A stretch of 63,970 bases of DNA, counting the filler, from Saprolegnia diclina VS20 (Eukaryota), in NCBI RefSeq assembly GCF_000281045.1. It is 23 parts of 22 records of this genome, joined end to end, with 100 filler letters (N's around TTAATTAATTAA, not from the genome) between each part and the next. Parts side by side here need not be neighbours in the genome. Positions count along the whole stretch, not along the records: positions 50,198 to 52,730 come from NW_008246375.1; positions 52,831 to 55,282 come from NW_008246376.1; positions 55,383 to 57,780 come from NW_008246377.1; positions 57,881 to 60,144 come from NW_008246378.1; positions 60,245 to 62,547 come from NW_008246379.1; 18 more parts are not named here. One strand, given 5' to 3'. This document shows, piece after piece, positions 50,294 through 61,013 of this stretch. A program made the position numbers and the translations under genes. The notes below the pieces were generated by a model. It did not search any database, was not told where the DNA came from, and saw nothing but the letters and a program-made list of their open reading frames with translations. The stretch's first letter is position 1, and each line of letters opens with the position of its first letter.

Positions 50294-51076
50294 AGCTCAC
50301 ATCTAGAAGAGCTCCGACTCAACAGCGTCGCCGAGGTCGGTGGTTTTCACGGTCGTCAACTCCCGGCCAGCCTTTCTGAATTAGAATGGCGCCCCGTCAA
50401 CGTGCGCCATTTGTCCCCGGACGATGCTATTTGGGCCGACCTCCGCCACGCGCTCCGCCGCACGCGGCTCGAGTACCTCTGCTGCGACTACTTTGGCGAA
50501 GTTTCGGCGCAGCCATCAATGGGCCCCGACCTCTCGCAGCTCAAAAAGCTCGACGTAACATGTTCCCGTGCCGGTGTCGACCACGTGCGAATGCTGGTCG
50601 CCGGCCTTTCGCAGCTGTCGTCGCTCACCGAGCTCTCTCTAGCGCGGATTGCCGTGGACGCCGAAGCGATGCGGTCGATCATGGAGACATTGGCGACAAG
50701 TTGTCCTCACCTCGCCGTGCTCGACATTACCCATCATGAGCTTGATTGGCGCGGCATGCGGGAGGTACTGGTTGCGGTGCCGCGATTGGCGAGGCTCACG
50801 CACATCTTTGCCTCGGGCTGTGCCACCTGTGACGTCGCGCTTTGTTTCGACGAGCTTGTTGCGGCGGGTCGACGCGCAGAAGAGATTGCGTTGCCAACTT
50901 GCTACGAGCGCGGCAGCCGCGAGATGGATGACGTGCTGTGGGCGCTGGCCGCGATACCCGATGTGCCGTTCGTTATCCCGAGCTTGCAGTTGCGAGACGC
51001 CGATCCGTATGTCCAAGCCATACTTGGTGAAGAAGTGCCGGGTGCGAGTGAGCGGTGCAGCTTGTCCTTCAACTAA
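50294..51076 (+). CDS. C-terminal part of an RNI-like leucine-rich repeat protein (Saprolegnia-type family); possibly a pseudogene
   Basis: LEELRL, LKKLDV, LSSLTELSL, LAVLDI and LTHIF motifs; in-frame stop immediately upstream and no clear start. Confidence 0.6.
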   Translation, partial: SSHLEELRLNSVAEVGGFHGRQLPASLSELEWRPVNVRHLSPDDAIWADLRHALRRTRLEYLCCDYFGEVSAQPSMGPDLSQLKKLDVTCSRAGVDHVRMLVAGLSQLSSLTELSLARIAVDAEAMRSIMETLATSCPHLAVLDITHHELDWRGMREVLVAVPRLARLTHIFASGCATCDVALCFDELVAAGRRAEEIALPTCYERGSREMDDVLWALAAIPDVPFVIPSLQLRDADPYVQAILGEEVPGASERCSLSFN

Positions 51077-51887
51077 CTGCGGTGGATGGATTTCTAAATG
51101 AAAAGCGGAAACTACCATCAACTTGTGTTGCGTCGTCATCGGGTCTGCAGTCAAACAGACTTTGACAACTGTCTACCTCAGTTCGTTATGTGTTGCTGAT
51201 GACGCGGCGGCCCGCCGTGGCGGCTTGGTCAGTGTGACATAATACGAACATCATTTCAAAGAAGGAGCATTTACTTCAATTTATTCGTTAGCTGTAGTTA
51301 TTCTGTATGTACTCTACCTACACAAGTCCCAACTCATGGGCCCTGGCCAAAACCCGCGCAGCAAGGTCTCTTCGTACACGAGGGCCACGTCCAGCCCCAA
51401 AGTTGATGTAGGGCTTGCGAGGTGGCTACACCGCGTCAGTATGACTACTCGCAAAGCATCGCTGGAGCGTCAAGTCTGAAATGAAAAGGGCGATTCAACG
51501 GTGGCTCATCTAGTGCTTTCTATTCTCAGAGAACGGGCTCGTGGCGGTGGCAAAATTTCTCTCTCTATCGTTGCGGGAGGGCCCGAGGTTTGGAAAACCC
51601 AATTCACTGTACACTGTTGTCGTTTGGTGCGTTTGAAATACGTGTTGCTCGCCACGTCAACACCTCCTTGGGTTGCCTTCACCAAGTCGTCCACCATGTC
51701 ATTACCCAACGTCTTACTGCACACGGTTCCCCGATCGTCTCGACGCCGCCACGTTTGACGTGTGGTTTTCGTCGCATCAGCAGTGGCACACCAGCATCAT
51801 CCTCGCCGCCTCAGTACACCAAGTAAGATCGAACGACATCTTGTTTTTACAACTCTATCTAATCGACTAATGTTTGTCGAATACACT

Positions 51888-52730
51888 CTACGTCTGCGCG
51901 GCCAAGAACACTGCCTTGGCCTTCTCGAGGATCGCAATGCCCGCCGCCGACTCTTCGGGATGGACAAGCCGCGCCGCACCGTGCTGGATTGTGTCGGCAA
52001 GGCCAATGTAGTAGGCGCTGTAGTTGCCCGGCTCGCTCACGACGCGCTCGTCCGGTTGGCCGGGACGCTCAAGGACGCCGTAGTGCGCCTCGGGCTCGTG
52101 GCCCCAGCTGTCGCCGTCGGTCAACGGCGTCCGCCCCGCACGCAGCGCGGTCTCTTGCCCGTCCTCGCCATACTTGATGAACGAGCCATTCGCGCCGCGG
52201 ATCGTGTACTTGGGCGTCGGGTTCTCGACAAGCATACCCGACGTGAGCACGACGAGCAGGCCCGGGTACTGGCACTCGAGGCGGAAGTAGTCATCGTTGC
52301 TCGAGCCTTCGCGCTGGCTCTGGACGTCAGCTAACCATATTTAAGACATGAGCTCCAAGGTTGACATTTACGAGATGCGTACACGAAATATTCGTCGGTG
52401 GGCCAAAGAGCGTAAGCATTTGGTCGACGAGATGCGCACCGAGGTCGTAGAGGAGGCCGCCGCCACCGACGTCCGCACTCTCTCTCCATGTACCTTTGAG
52501 CGACGGGCGGAAGCGGTCGTAGTGGGCCTCAAAGTGCGAGAGGTCCCCGAGCGTCTTGTTCTCGAGCAGCTTGCGCACCGTGAGAAAGTCCGAGTCCCAC
52601 CGGCGGTTCTGGAAGACGGTCAGGGCAACGTTGTTGGCGCGGGCCGTCTCGATGAGGACGCTCGCTTCGGCCGACGTGACGCACATGGGCTTGTCGACAA
52701 CCACGTGCTTCTTGGCCTCGAGCGCGGTCT
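51888..52730 (-). CDS. Gfo/Idh/MocA oxidoreductase (YdgJ/IolW-like), 5'-truncated; intron 52331-52382
   Basis: KHVVVDKP, VFQNRRWDSDFLTV, DRFRP, GGGLLYDLGAHLVDQ, DDYF, GSFIKYGEDGQE; a 52-nt GT-AG intron joins the frames. Confidence 0.92.
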
Positions 52731-55105
52731 NNNNNNNNNNNNNNNNNNNNNNNNNNNNNNNNNNNNNNNNNNNNTTAATTAATTAANNNNNNNNNNNNNN
52801 NNNNNNNNNNNNNNNNNNNNNNNNNNNNNNGGATCAAGGACGCGGCGCCATCCATCTTCGCCCGGTAGGACCTCAACGGGACGAAGAGAAGACGAAGGAA
52901 ACGCAGTTATTCGGGTCGACGCACACCGCCTCCTTGGCGTGGCACACAACCAAAAAGCTCGGTAGCCTTCTCGATGACGCAGCCGGTTTGCACGCTCGGG
53001 AGCGACTGGTGACAGTGGCGTTCTACAACATGTGGAAGATCTGGATGCGCTGAGGCCTCATCTCGGAAGGCACCGTATGCGGCTGGCTGTACAAGTGCTA
53101 CGAGCTCCCAGTCCTTTTGCCCTACGCGAACAAGCCTCGCGGGCCTTGACAGTTTCCATCGTCGGCAGCTGCGTCGTCTGCTAGGTATCTTTCACCCAAA
53201 CGCTCTACAAGCGCTTCGGCAGCGTCCCGCTGAGCGAGATTTTCGTCGCCCGCCAGCGCTGGCGCCTGCTGGGCCACGTGCTGCGCCTACCAACGTTACC
53301 GCCGATCGCAAAGCCTGGCAGACCTTTCGGAGCTTGTCGTCATGAGCGTCTCCCGTGGCCGCAAGTGCCCCCGAAAAGCAAAATGCACCGCACGCCGCCG
53401 CCGCCTGCGCAGCCACGGCCTGGCGAGCAAATGAAGAAGGAAATAGCTAGTCTCTATGCATGCGACGTATTTACAACAACCCATGGTAACACAAAACACT
53501 GCGCGTGTTTTGTGCGTGGTTACTTAGCGCGAAACAACCTTGTGCACGAGGCGGAGGAACTGATCGTAACGCGTCTTTGTGTTACTGCGAACAGGGATTG
53601 GCTAAAAGTTGGGTCTGATCGCACTGTGATTGGACAAATATTCGAAGCACTCACTAACCCCATCAGTGCACGAGTTTCACTGTCCCGTGCGGCCAAGTGG
53701 CCTGTTGCTTCCCTGTGTCGGCTTCAAGAATGTTCGAAATCGAAGCTTTTGCAAAGCTCGCATTTCCCTGCACATCTTAGGCAAGCGGCCGGCCCGTCTT
53801 GGCGGCGATCGCTAGCATTTCTGGCCAATCAAAACCAGCCGAGCCCTGTGGACCATCTGTCCTGGGGGCATTCGGGTGTTTTGCTGGCGCTCAAGCCCAA
53901 GTTGCGCCACCTTCGATCGATCTCTGCATGCGCCCTGTGCTTGTCTTTGTCGTATTTGATTTAATGCCGGTATCTATCTGGCATCGTGCAGCTGCCGCAT
54001 GGGATGTGCCCGAGGCACGCTCTCCGTCGCCGTGCTTGGCGAGACAGCCCTTGCCATCCACTCATTTTTGACAGTTTCAATATAGCTTGGGTGTAACCGT
54101 CGTTAAATGAGTAACCGTTCGCCTATGTGTAACCGTCAGGGATTGTCACGACGCATCACCATAAGATCGATCCGTAACTGGCGGCTAGGTGGCTTGATTT
54201 ACCGCGCGATTTACTAGTATTAGGTCAACTTGGACGCAGATATACAATGACATATTTAATGGGATGTCTACCGCAGCAGCAGTCGCGATGTGACTGACCA
54301 CCTTCATGATCTTTGTAGGATGAGATTCATGCCAGGATTGCCGGGGATGGGTGGCGACAGTGTGAGAAGCACCTGGTTGCACACCCAAGCCAAGTGCTAC
54401 ATGTATAAGGCGGAGACCAGTGCAGACAAGATCAGCCTCTACCGAATCCGTTAGCTACTCTATCGATAATACGACAGATCCCAAGGCCTGCGCGGTGAGC
54501 AAACCACGTTGATAAGACGAGCGGATGCAAGCTTGCTAGTCCTCGCACAGACAATAACGAAGAGCCAAGCATTTCATTGTCATCTTGCTGCGAGCTACCT
54601 GTGCGCTCGTCGCTTCGCCGCAAAGCCGTCTCCATTGGGAAGCAAACCGACTCAGTGCAGTATAGTCGCAGAGGATGAGAGCGAGCGATAAATGCCTCAA
54701 ACTAGGTCGTCGTCGTCACCTTGCAGTTCAGTGTCGTACGACCTGGTGGCAAGCAGCAACATGGTTTAATGTTTCTGTCGTTTGACCCACGCTCCGGCAC
54801 GACGAGCATCCGCACGGCACCTTGGTATTCGTGTGACCACGCGAATTGCTGTTTCAGCAACCGTCGTACACTTCACCTCACAGCCAGTACGAGGATCAAG
54901 GCCAACTTTCTCCACCACCAGGTGTACTAAGCACACTGCCTGATCAGACCATGGCGACAGCCCTATCACAAATCGCTTATACGCATACCCAGTCGCAACA
55001 ATAGCTGATCACTAATTTTACGATCCTCTACGGTACGTCAGCCTTCAGGTCACCACGTGATACGTCGTGAAATCTTTTTGCTGGGACCCCACTCTTCAAA
55101 TTGCC

Positions 55106-55282
55106 ATGGATATTGCACGCCTCCTTGCACCGCTCGACCACGACATCGACAACTTCGATGATGACAACACCATCACGCACGTTGATGTCCGCAACGGCGC
55201 TTGGTCGTGGGTCGAGGAGCGCTACACGATGGCGCTCATTGAAGCCTTCCTCCTCGGCGCCTTTCCGAGCTTGCTGCCGGGC
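55106..55282 (+). CDS. 5' end of a hypothetical protein, cut by contig end
   Basis: ATG preceded by Inr-like CCACTCTTCAAATT; coding-like codons (MDIARLLAPLDHDIDNFDDD...). Confidence 0.45.
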
Positions 55283-55709
55283 NNNNNNNNNNNNNNNNNN
55301 NNNNNNNNNNNNNNNNNNNNNNNNNNTTAATTAATTAANNNNNNNNNNNNNNNNNNNNNNNNNNNNNNNNNNNNNNNNNNNNCGAAACGTTATTGTATTG
55401 GGGTGCAAAGTCGCCAAAAAGCCTTTGAATTGTGTCGGACTGTCAGAAAATCCCCCTCGATCTGAAGATGTTAGGCGGTTTGTATGCAGTCAATTTAACC
55501 GCATCGGCCAATGACGTGGCACTTTTCGAAGTGAATTGGAATGATGGTCTTAGGGCTGGGGATAGCCTCGCGTCGCTCACACGTGCACGTCGCTTCGACG
55601 GCTTTGCATGGTATACACAAGCCAGCGACTCGATCCTTTTCGGCCCAGAGAGCTCGCAATACTATTAGTACTGGTAAATAGCTGTACTTTGGACGAGAAA
55701 TAGCACCAT

Positions 55710-56611
55710 ATGCAGGCTGGACGCACGCAACTTGAACCAGTCGGCGCGGGTAGGGTTTCGAGATAGCGAACACGACCCTCACCACCGGGCAGCTCCACAA
55801 GGCTGCTGCTGCACCCAGACGGTGACGCCTGGCTTGCTCAACGCGGGCCATCTTTATGTCAACGCCATCGACGGTCTCTTACCGCGATGGCCCGTGGACG
55901 CTCCGTGCCAATGCGACGAACGTGGACGGCTACGCGAACGTCGGTCCGGCCCTCTGTTGCTACGCGCACCCGCATCCAACTACGTCCTAGGCACCGCGAT
56001 CGAGTTCAAGCAGTTGCGTGAGCTTTGCATTAGTATCTCGACAAACGGATCCATCTCTCTCGACCAGATATCACTCATCATCAACAAATGCAGTAGCTAT
56101 CGGCCACATAGCAGCTAGCGGACGGTGCGCCCATCTTGCATCCAAGAGTCTAAGCTCGCCCTCGCAATGAATTTCCAAGTCGATGGAGAGCGACGGCATG
56201 AGCGAGACAACTGCATGGGACGGGTCAGCTTGTCACGTCATCCGATGATGTGACCAGAAACTTTATGTATCAAGAGCGTCGTGGGACTAATAGACCACGC
56301 CCGTGTCGACGCGCCAAAGTCGCTGTGGATGCAGGCTGGACACACGCAACTTGAGCCTGTCGGTGCGGATAGGGCTACGAGACAGAGAACGCGGCCCTCG
56401 CCTGAAACTTGCGGCGACCCGACGGTCTGGCTTGCTCAAAGCGTGTCTTGGGTGCGTCTACGCCACGCATCGCGACGACCAAGCAGACCGCTGTCAAAGA
56501 CCTCTGCTGTTTCGTGCTCCGAGTGGCCAACGGCCTCTGGACGCTCGGTGGCAATGCGACGAACGTGACCAGCAGCCCAGACATCGGTCCAGACCTCCAC
56601 CGCTACGCGCA
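55710..56611 (+). repeat. Diverged direct duplication (55710-55968 vs 56329-56611), probable pseudogene fragments
   Basis: Shared blocks ATGCAGGCTGGAC.CACGCAACTTGA, CTGGCTTGCTCAA, TGGACGCTC.GTG.CAATGCGACGAACGTG and GCTACGCGCA. Confidence 0.7.
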
Positions 56612-57949
56612 GTTGCTTCCAACGATGATTGCGCCGTTGATCAACAAGGCGATACTCGTGGCTGAGGTAACCTCTCGAAGCCTATATCGCAAAACTTCAT
56701 GTGCGCTCAGCGACGCGCCGAGCCGACTGCTGCTGCTGCCCGTGCAGCTCCTCCTGGCGTAGCCAGGCAAGTTGCGACCTCTCGAGCGCTCACAGCATGA
56801 GTGATCTGCTCGGCCACTGGCGTCGGGCGCGTGCTCACAATGCCACTCGTAGTGGTGCACGGCGTGCGGCCTCCCGCGCGCGACGGCTGTGGCATAGTGT
56901 TGTTGCTGCCCCATGCTTTTCCACGCAGGACGATCATTTACATTGCTACAATACATAGCAGCTTCTGAGTTGGCTGGGCTGGAGCCCAATGCATCGCCAT
57001 CGTCGAGCAACCAAAGGTCTTTGTACTGCGCGTAGCTAGCAACACTTTGGTCGCCGTGCTTGAAAGGTCGTGCAGCGCCAAGGACCTAGCGCATCGTGGT
57101 TCTTTGGCGCCTGCCTGGCGACGACATTCGGCCCATGCTTTCGCTGCCTCCAGTACATCCACAATCGTCAACCATGATCATCAACCCTCAGATCCTGGCG
57201 AGCTGAGCTTCAAGCTCGGAGGAACTTGCTACGCGCGAGCTTGAGCGCCACAAGTCGCCAGATGTCCAACAGTGTCCGGCCTACAAGCGTGCGGCGGCCG
57301 TTCAAGTTTAAGTTCGCTCGCGCCATTGGCGAGTATCTTCTTGCGTGACGACGCGCCATCGGAGCGGTCTGCTTGGCCCTTCCGCGCTCACCCTTCTCCT
57401 ATCTTCCAAGAATGACGCGCTAGTTGCGGGCGGTGCTCGTCGCTGCTGTGGCCTTACTACCTTGATCCTCCAAAGGGTAGTACATGGCCTTGTGACCTGT
57501 CGCTCAAGGACCATCGACCTTGAAGTAGCTGGCACGTGGCCGCATGCGATGCAAGAGGACTATACACGCTGTGATATATTGAGCGGCGACCCGTTCTTTC
57601 TCAGCCAAGAGAACTCGGAACCGATATTCGATGCACGTTTGACTGCCAACCTTGCACGTTTGACTTGACACATCACTCGTAATGTGAACCTCTCGGTGTT
57701 GGTACTAGTAGGTGTACGACACAGAGAACGCTACCGGTATTCTGCGGCCAACCCCGCGTGTGTTCAACCTGCGCAATCCANNNNNNNNNNNNNNNNNNNN
57801 NNNNNNNNNNNNNNNNNNNNNNNNTTAATTAATTAANNNNNNNNNNNNNNNNNNNNNNNNNNNNNNNNNNNNNNNNNNNNTGAGGAGTACGTAAATGTCG
57901 CCGAGGATTTTCATTATTTCGTGTATGCGCTTGGTAACGCCGCCCATCA

Positions 57950-58129
57950 TCACGGCAACGTCGCGACAACGTCGTAACAGCGTCACAACAACGTCGTAAA
58001 AACGTCACAACAACGTCGTAACAGCGTCGTAACAACGTCGTGACAGTGGTCGCGACAGCGGTCGCGACAGCGGTCGCGACAATAGTGTTACAACAACATC
58101 GTAACAATGTTACGACAGAACATCGCGAC
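57950..58129 (+). repeat. 11-12 bp satellite array 1 (consensus approx. ACAACGTCGYR)
   Basis: Tandem ACAACGTCGTA, ACAGCGTCACA and ACAGCGGTCGCG units. Confidence 0.9.
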
Positions 58130-58822
58130 GTCTCCGCGGCCTACTACAAGCAACTCAGCCGAGCTGCTGCACTTGTCCCACTACGGCAACCCGCTCATGT
58201 CCTCCCGCGGTACGGCGATTTTGTGTACCGTGTTGCGTTGAAACTATGGCGGTCCAGTCCAGCTTTCACTTCCTCGGCCCGAATGCCGACACTGCCCGCT
58301 CTGCCATGCGCCCACCCGCGAGGCGTATGACCATCTTCTAGTGCGCTGCCCATTCATTCGCGCGGTCTGGCGCGCTTTTGACCCGATGCGCGATACCTTG
58401 CAGCTGCAACTTCCGTCGTCGGTCGGTGGCTTCCTCTACGATGCAGTCGTTCTCAGCCGACAAGTCGACCATCCGTGCCCTCTGGCCAATCTTGCGCGCT
58501 TGCGTTTGGTACAGTCTTTGGCTAGAACGCAACAACTGCGTGTTCCGCTCGACATTGACGGGGCCCCTTCCCGCTGCTGCACTCGCGATTAACGCCGCTA
58601 CTATCACGCGATTGTATATCCGGCACTTGGCTCGCCGCGCCGTGGTGCCTTCGCTTGCCGAGTCGCCCTACGCGCCGATCCTTGGTGTGCCCGCTACCTC
58701 ATTCCCCCGCTCAATCCTGAGCCCCGACCAAGCGCCCTCAGCTTGACATACCGGCCAAACCTCATGAGCGCATTAGGAAGTCCACCATCTTCACTATATA
58801 ATTGCATGTTGATAACTCATTT
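58130..58822 (+). mobile_element. 5'-truncated, frameshifted L1/Tx1-like LINE: zf-RVT-type C-terminus plus 3' UTR
   Basis: RYGDFVYRVAL, HLLVRCPFIRAVW and ILRACVWYSLWLERNNCVFR are typical of the L1-clade ORF2 C-terminus; stop at 58744-58746. Confidence 0.8.
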
Positions 58823-59000
58823 CAACAACGTCGCGACAATAATGTTCCAACAACATCGCGACAACGTCACAACAACGTCGCGGCAAAGTCGCAACAGTGT
58901 CGTAACAGCGTCGTAACAACGTCGTGACAGTGTTACGACAGTGGTCGCGACAGCGGTCGCGACAATAGCGTTACAACGTCGTAACAATGTTACGACAGAA
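58823..59000 (+). repeat. 11-12 bp satellite array 2
   Basis: Same units as array 1; ends with the same 21-mer CGTAACAATGTTACGACAGAA. Confidence 0.9.
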
Positions 59001-60144
59001 GCCGCTCTTCAGCGCCAGCTCGCGCTCGTAGACCACTTCTGCAGCCTCTCAGGATTCAAGCTCAACCGAGACAAGACTCAAGTCCTCGCGCACTCGCCGT
59101 TGCTCAACCTGTCGACGTTGCAGCTCGTTCAGCCGTCGCAGCCGACCAAGGCGCTTGGCATCCTCGTAGCTCCGAACCTGCCGCGCAGCACGCTGCGACT
59201 ACGCACTGCGCCGCCTTCGCGACCGGCTGCTGCTTTGGCGACACAAGTAGACGACCTTGGCCGGCAAGGCCATCATCCTACAAACCGTCTGCCTGCCGGT
59301 ACTCTGGTACCAGCTCGCGTGGGTTGCGCCGGACAGCAAGACGGCCGAATGCATTGACAAAATGATCCTCCAGTTCATCAACGGCGAACCGCCAGTCATC
59401 GGCGAGGGCGCGCAAGGCCACCGGATGCTCCACCAAAGCACCGTCTTCGCACCGAAACATCAAGCCGGCCTCGGCCTCAAGCCCGCGTTCTTCCCGTGGT
59501 CCGCGCGACACCGCGGCCACTCGCTCCGGTTCTTGCAAGCCGCGCTAACGACGTCCCCAGACCCGGCCTGGTCGTCGCCAAGCATGGCCGTCATCGCCAA
59601 CGCCTACGCACCGTGGGGCGACTTTGCAGACCTCGCCTTCGCCGATCCGTCGCTCCCCCGGATACGGCGCCTGCTCACGTCGAAGGCAGTACCCGACCGG
59701 TTTAAGTTCATGCTCAACTACTGGTTCTCCATGCGCGTGGGGCCGAGCACGCTTCCGGCGCCGTCGCCGCTGATCCACGCACAACCGCTTTGGTCCAACC
59801 AGTTTCTTCCAGTAGATAGATGTAGTTACGTAGAAAAGACCACAAGATGGCACACTCGGTACGCACGGACGATGGCCAAGATCGGGATCACCCAAGCTCA
59901 GCACGTCCACGCCCTGATGCTCCCAGACGCTCCGACGGAGACGCTCGCGACACGAACTCAACGCCTCATCCAAGCGGTAAACGACAAGTGCCACAGCCGC
60001 GCCCTCGGACCACACGTGACGCCAAACGCCCAGTGGGTCGCCTGGCTTGCAACGACGGTCGACGCCTACAGGTGTGGCCCGCTGCCGAGCCCGACTCTCA
60101 AGCCGCCATGGCTGGTTCGCCTGCACAACGCGACGAAGCTGTTG
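59001..60144 (+). mobile_element. Second 5'-truncated L1/Tx1-like LINE fragment (RT C-terminus and downstream region), degenerate, cut by contig end
   Basis: FCSLSGFKLNRDKT, KALGI, TLAGKAIILQTVCLPVLWY, APKHQAGLGL, QPLWSN; frameshift and in-frame stop near 59190-59250. Confidence 0.85.
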
Positions 60145-60244
60145 NNNNNNNNNNNNNNNNNNNNNNNNNNNNNNNNNNNNNNNNNNNNTTAATTAATTAA
60201 NNNNNNNNNNNNNNNNNNNNNNNNNNNNNNNNNNNNNNNNNNNN

Positions 60245-60333
60245 TGGGGCTGCTGCTTGTATCCTTGTGGCTGCGCCTTGTAGCCGGCGGCCGAGACGCC
60301 GGCGAGGACACCGAGGAGGAACTTCACTTGCAT
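60245..60333 (-). CDS. 5' end of a secreted protein (MQVKFLLGVLAGVSAA-GYKAQPQGYKQQP...), cut by contig end
   Basis: Signal-peptide-like N-terminus; Inr-like TCTCATTGCGGATTTT upstream. Confidence 0.6.
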
Positions 60334-60433
60334 GGCTGTCCTTGTGTTAGAGGCACTCGAGAGACCAGAGGGAAAATCCGCAATGAGACCTTCGACGTCG
60401 GGCTTGGCGCCGCTGGGTGTTTCGTTGTCGAAA

Positions 60434-60566
60434 GATTGGTGGCCAATCACACGTCGCCGAAAAATTGGCAGCCAATCCACGACGAGTGAGAGCAGTTTCC
60501 CGCACCCTTTGGGCATGGATCGCCCGGCAGCCAATAAGCGCGCGGCGTGACGCTTCGGCACCAATC
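60434..60566. promoter_or_regulatory. Cluster of six CCAAT boxes in a divergent intergenic region
   Basis: ATTGG at 60435 and 60464; CCAAT at 60443, 60472, 60531 and 60561. Confidence 0.55.
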
Positions 60567-60820
60567 ACAACGCTCGTGACTGGAAGGTTTGGCGCCGGGA
60601 GAAAGGCAGCAACCGACGCTGGCTGCAACTGCTCGCAAGTTGCACGAAGGACCCCCAGGCTTCGCCAGTCCCTTCTAGTTAGTACAGCTGCACAGGTCCT
60701 ATAGCTCTACGAGGGTCAAGTCTTGGCAGAACGACGTGTGTTTTACTTCTTCCGTGTGCGCCGGGCTTTTGCACACTGTACAGTCAGTACTGATAGTAGA
60801 TCCTGCAGAGCCACCTCAAT

Positions 60821-60908
60821 AACTCTCCTACAGCTATGAAATCTTAGTTGTCGCTTTACGATGAAACTCTCCTACAGCTATGAAATCTTAGTTGTCGCTT
60901 TACGATGA
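60821..60908 (+). repeat. Perfect 44-bp tandem duplication
   Basis: AACTCTCCTACAGCTATGAAATCTTAGTTGTCGCTTTACGATGA twice. Confidence 0.95.
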
Positions 60909-61013
60909 CGAGCACGACGCGGTCGGGTTGGTAGCTTGAGTTTTTACCATGCGATGCGATGGTCGATCGTCGCATCCGGACAATCCAGTGATGAGTCCGG
61001 ATAACACTGCTCG

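Noticed and set aside
52831..55100. Short ORFs in this contig, and in 62648-63970, 47607-48900 and 21400-23100
   Set aside because: No recognisable motifs and frequent stops; probably intergenic or decayed sequence.
57950..59000. Repeat-unique-repeat layout as a CRISPR array or as LTRs
   Set aside because: The units are tandem 11-12-mers without unique spacers, there are no cas genes or TG...CA termini, and the intervening DNA is LINE-derived.
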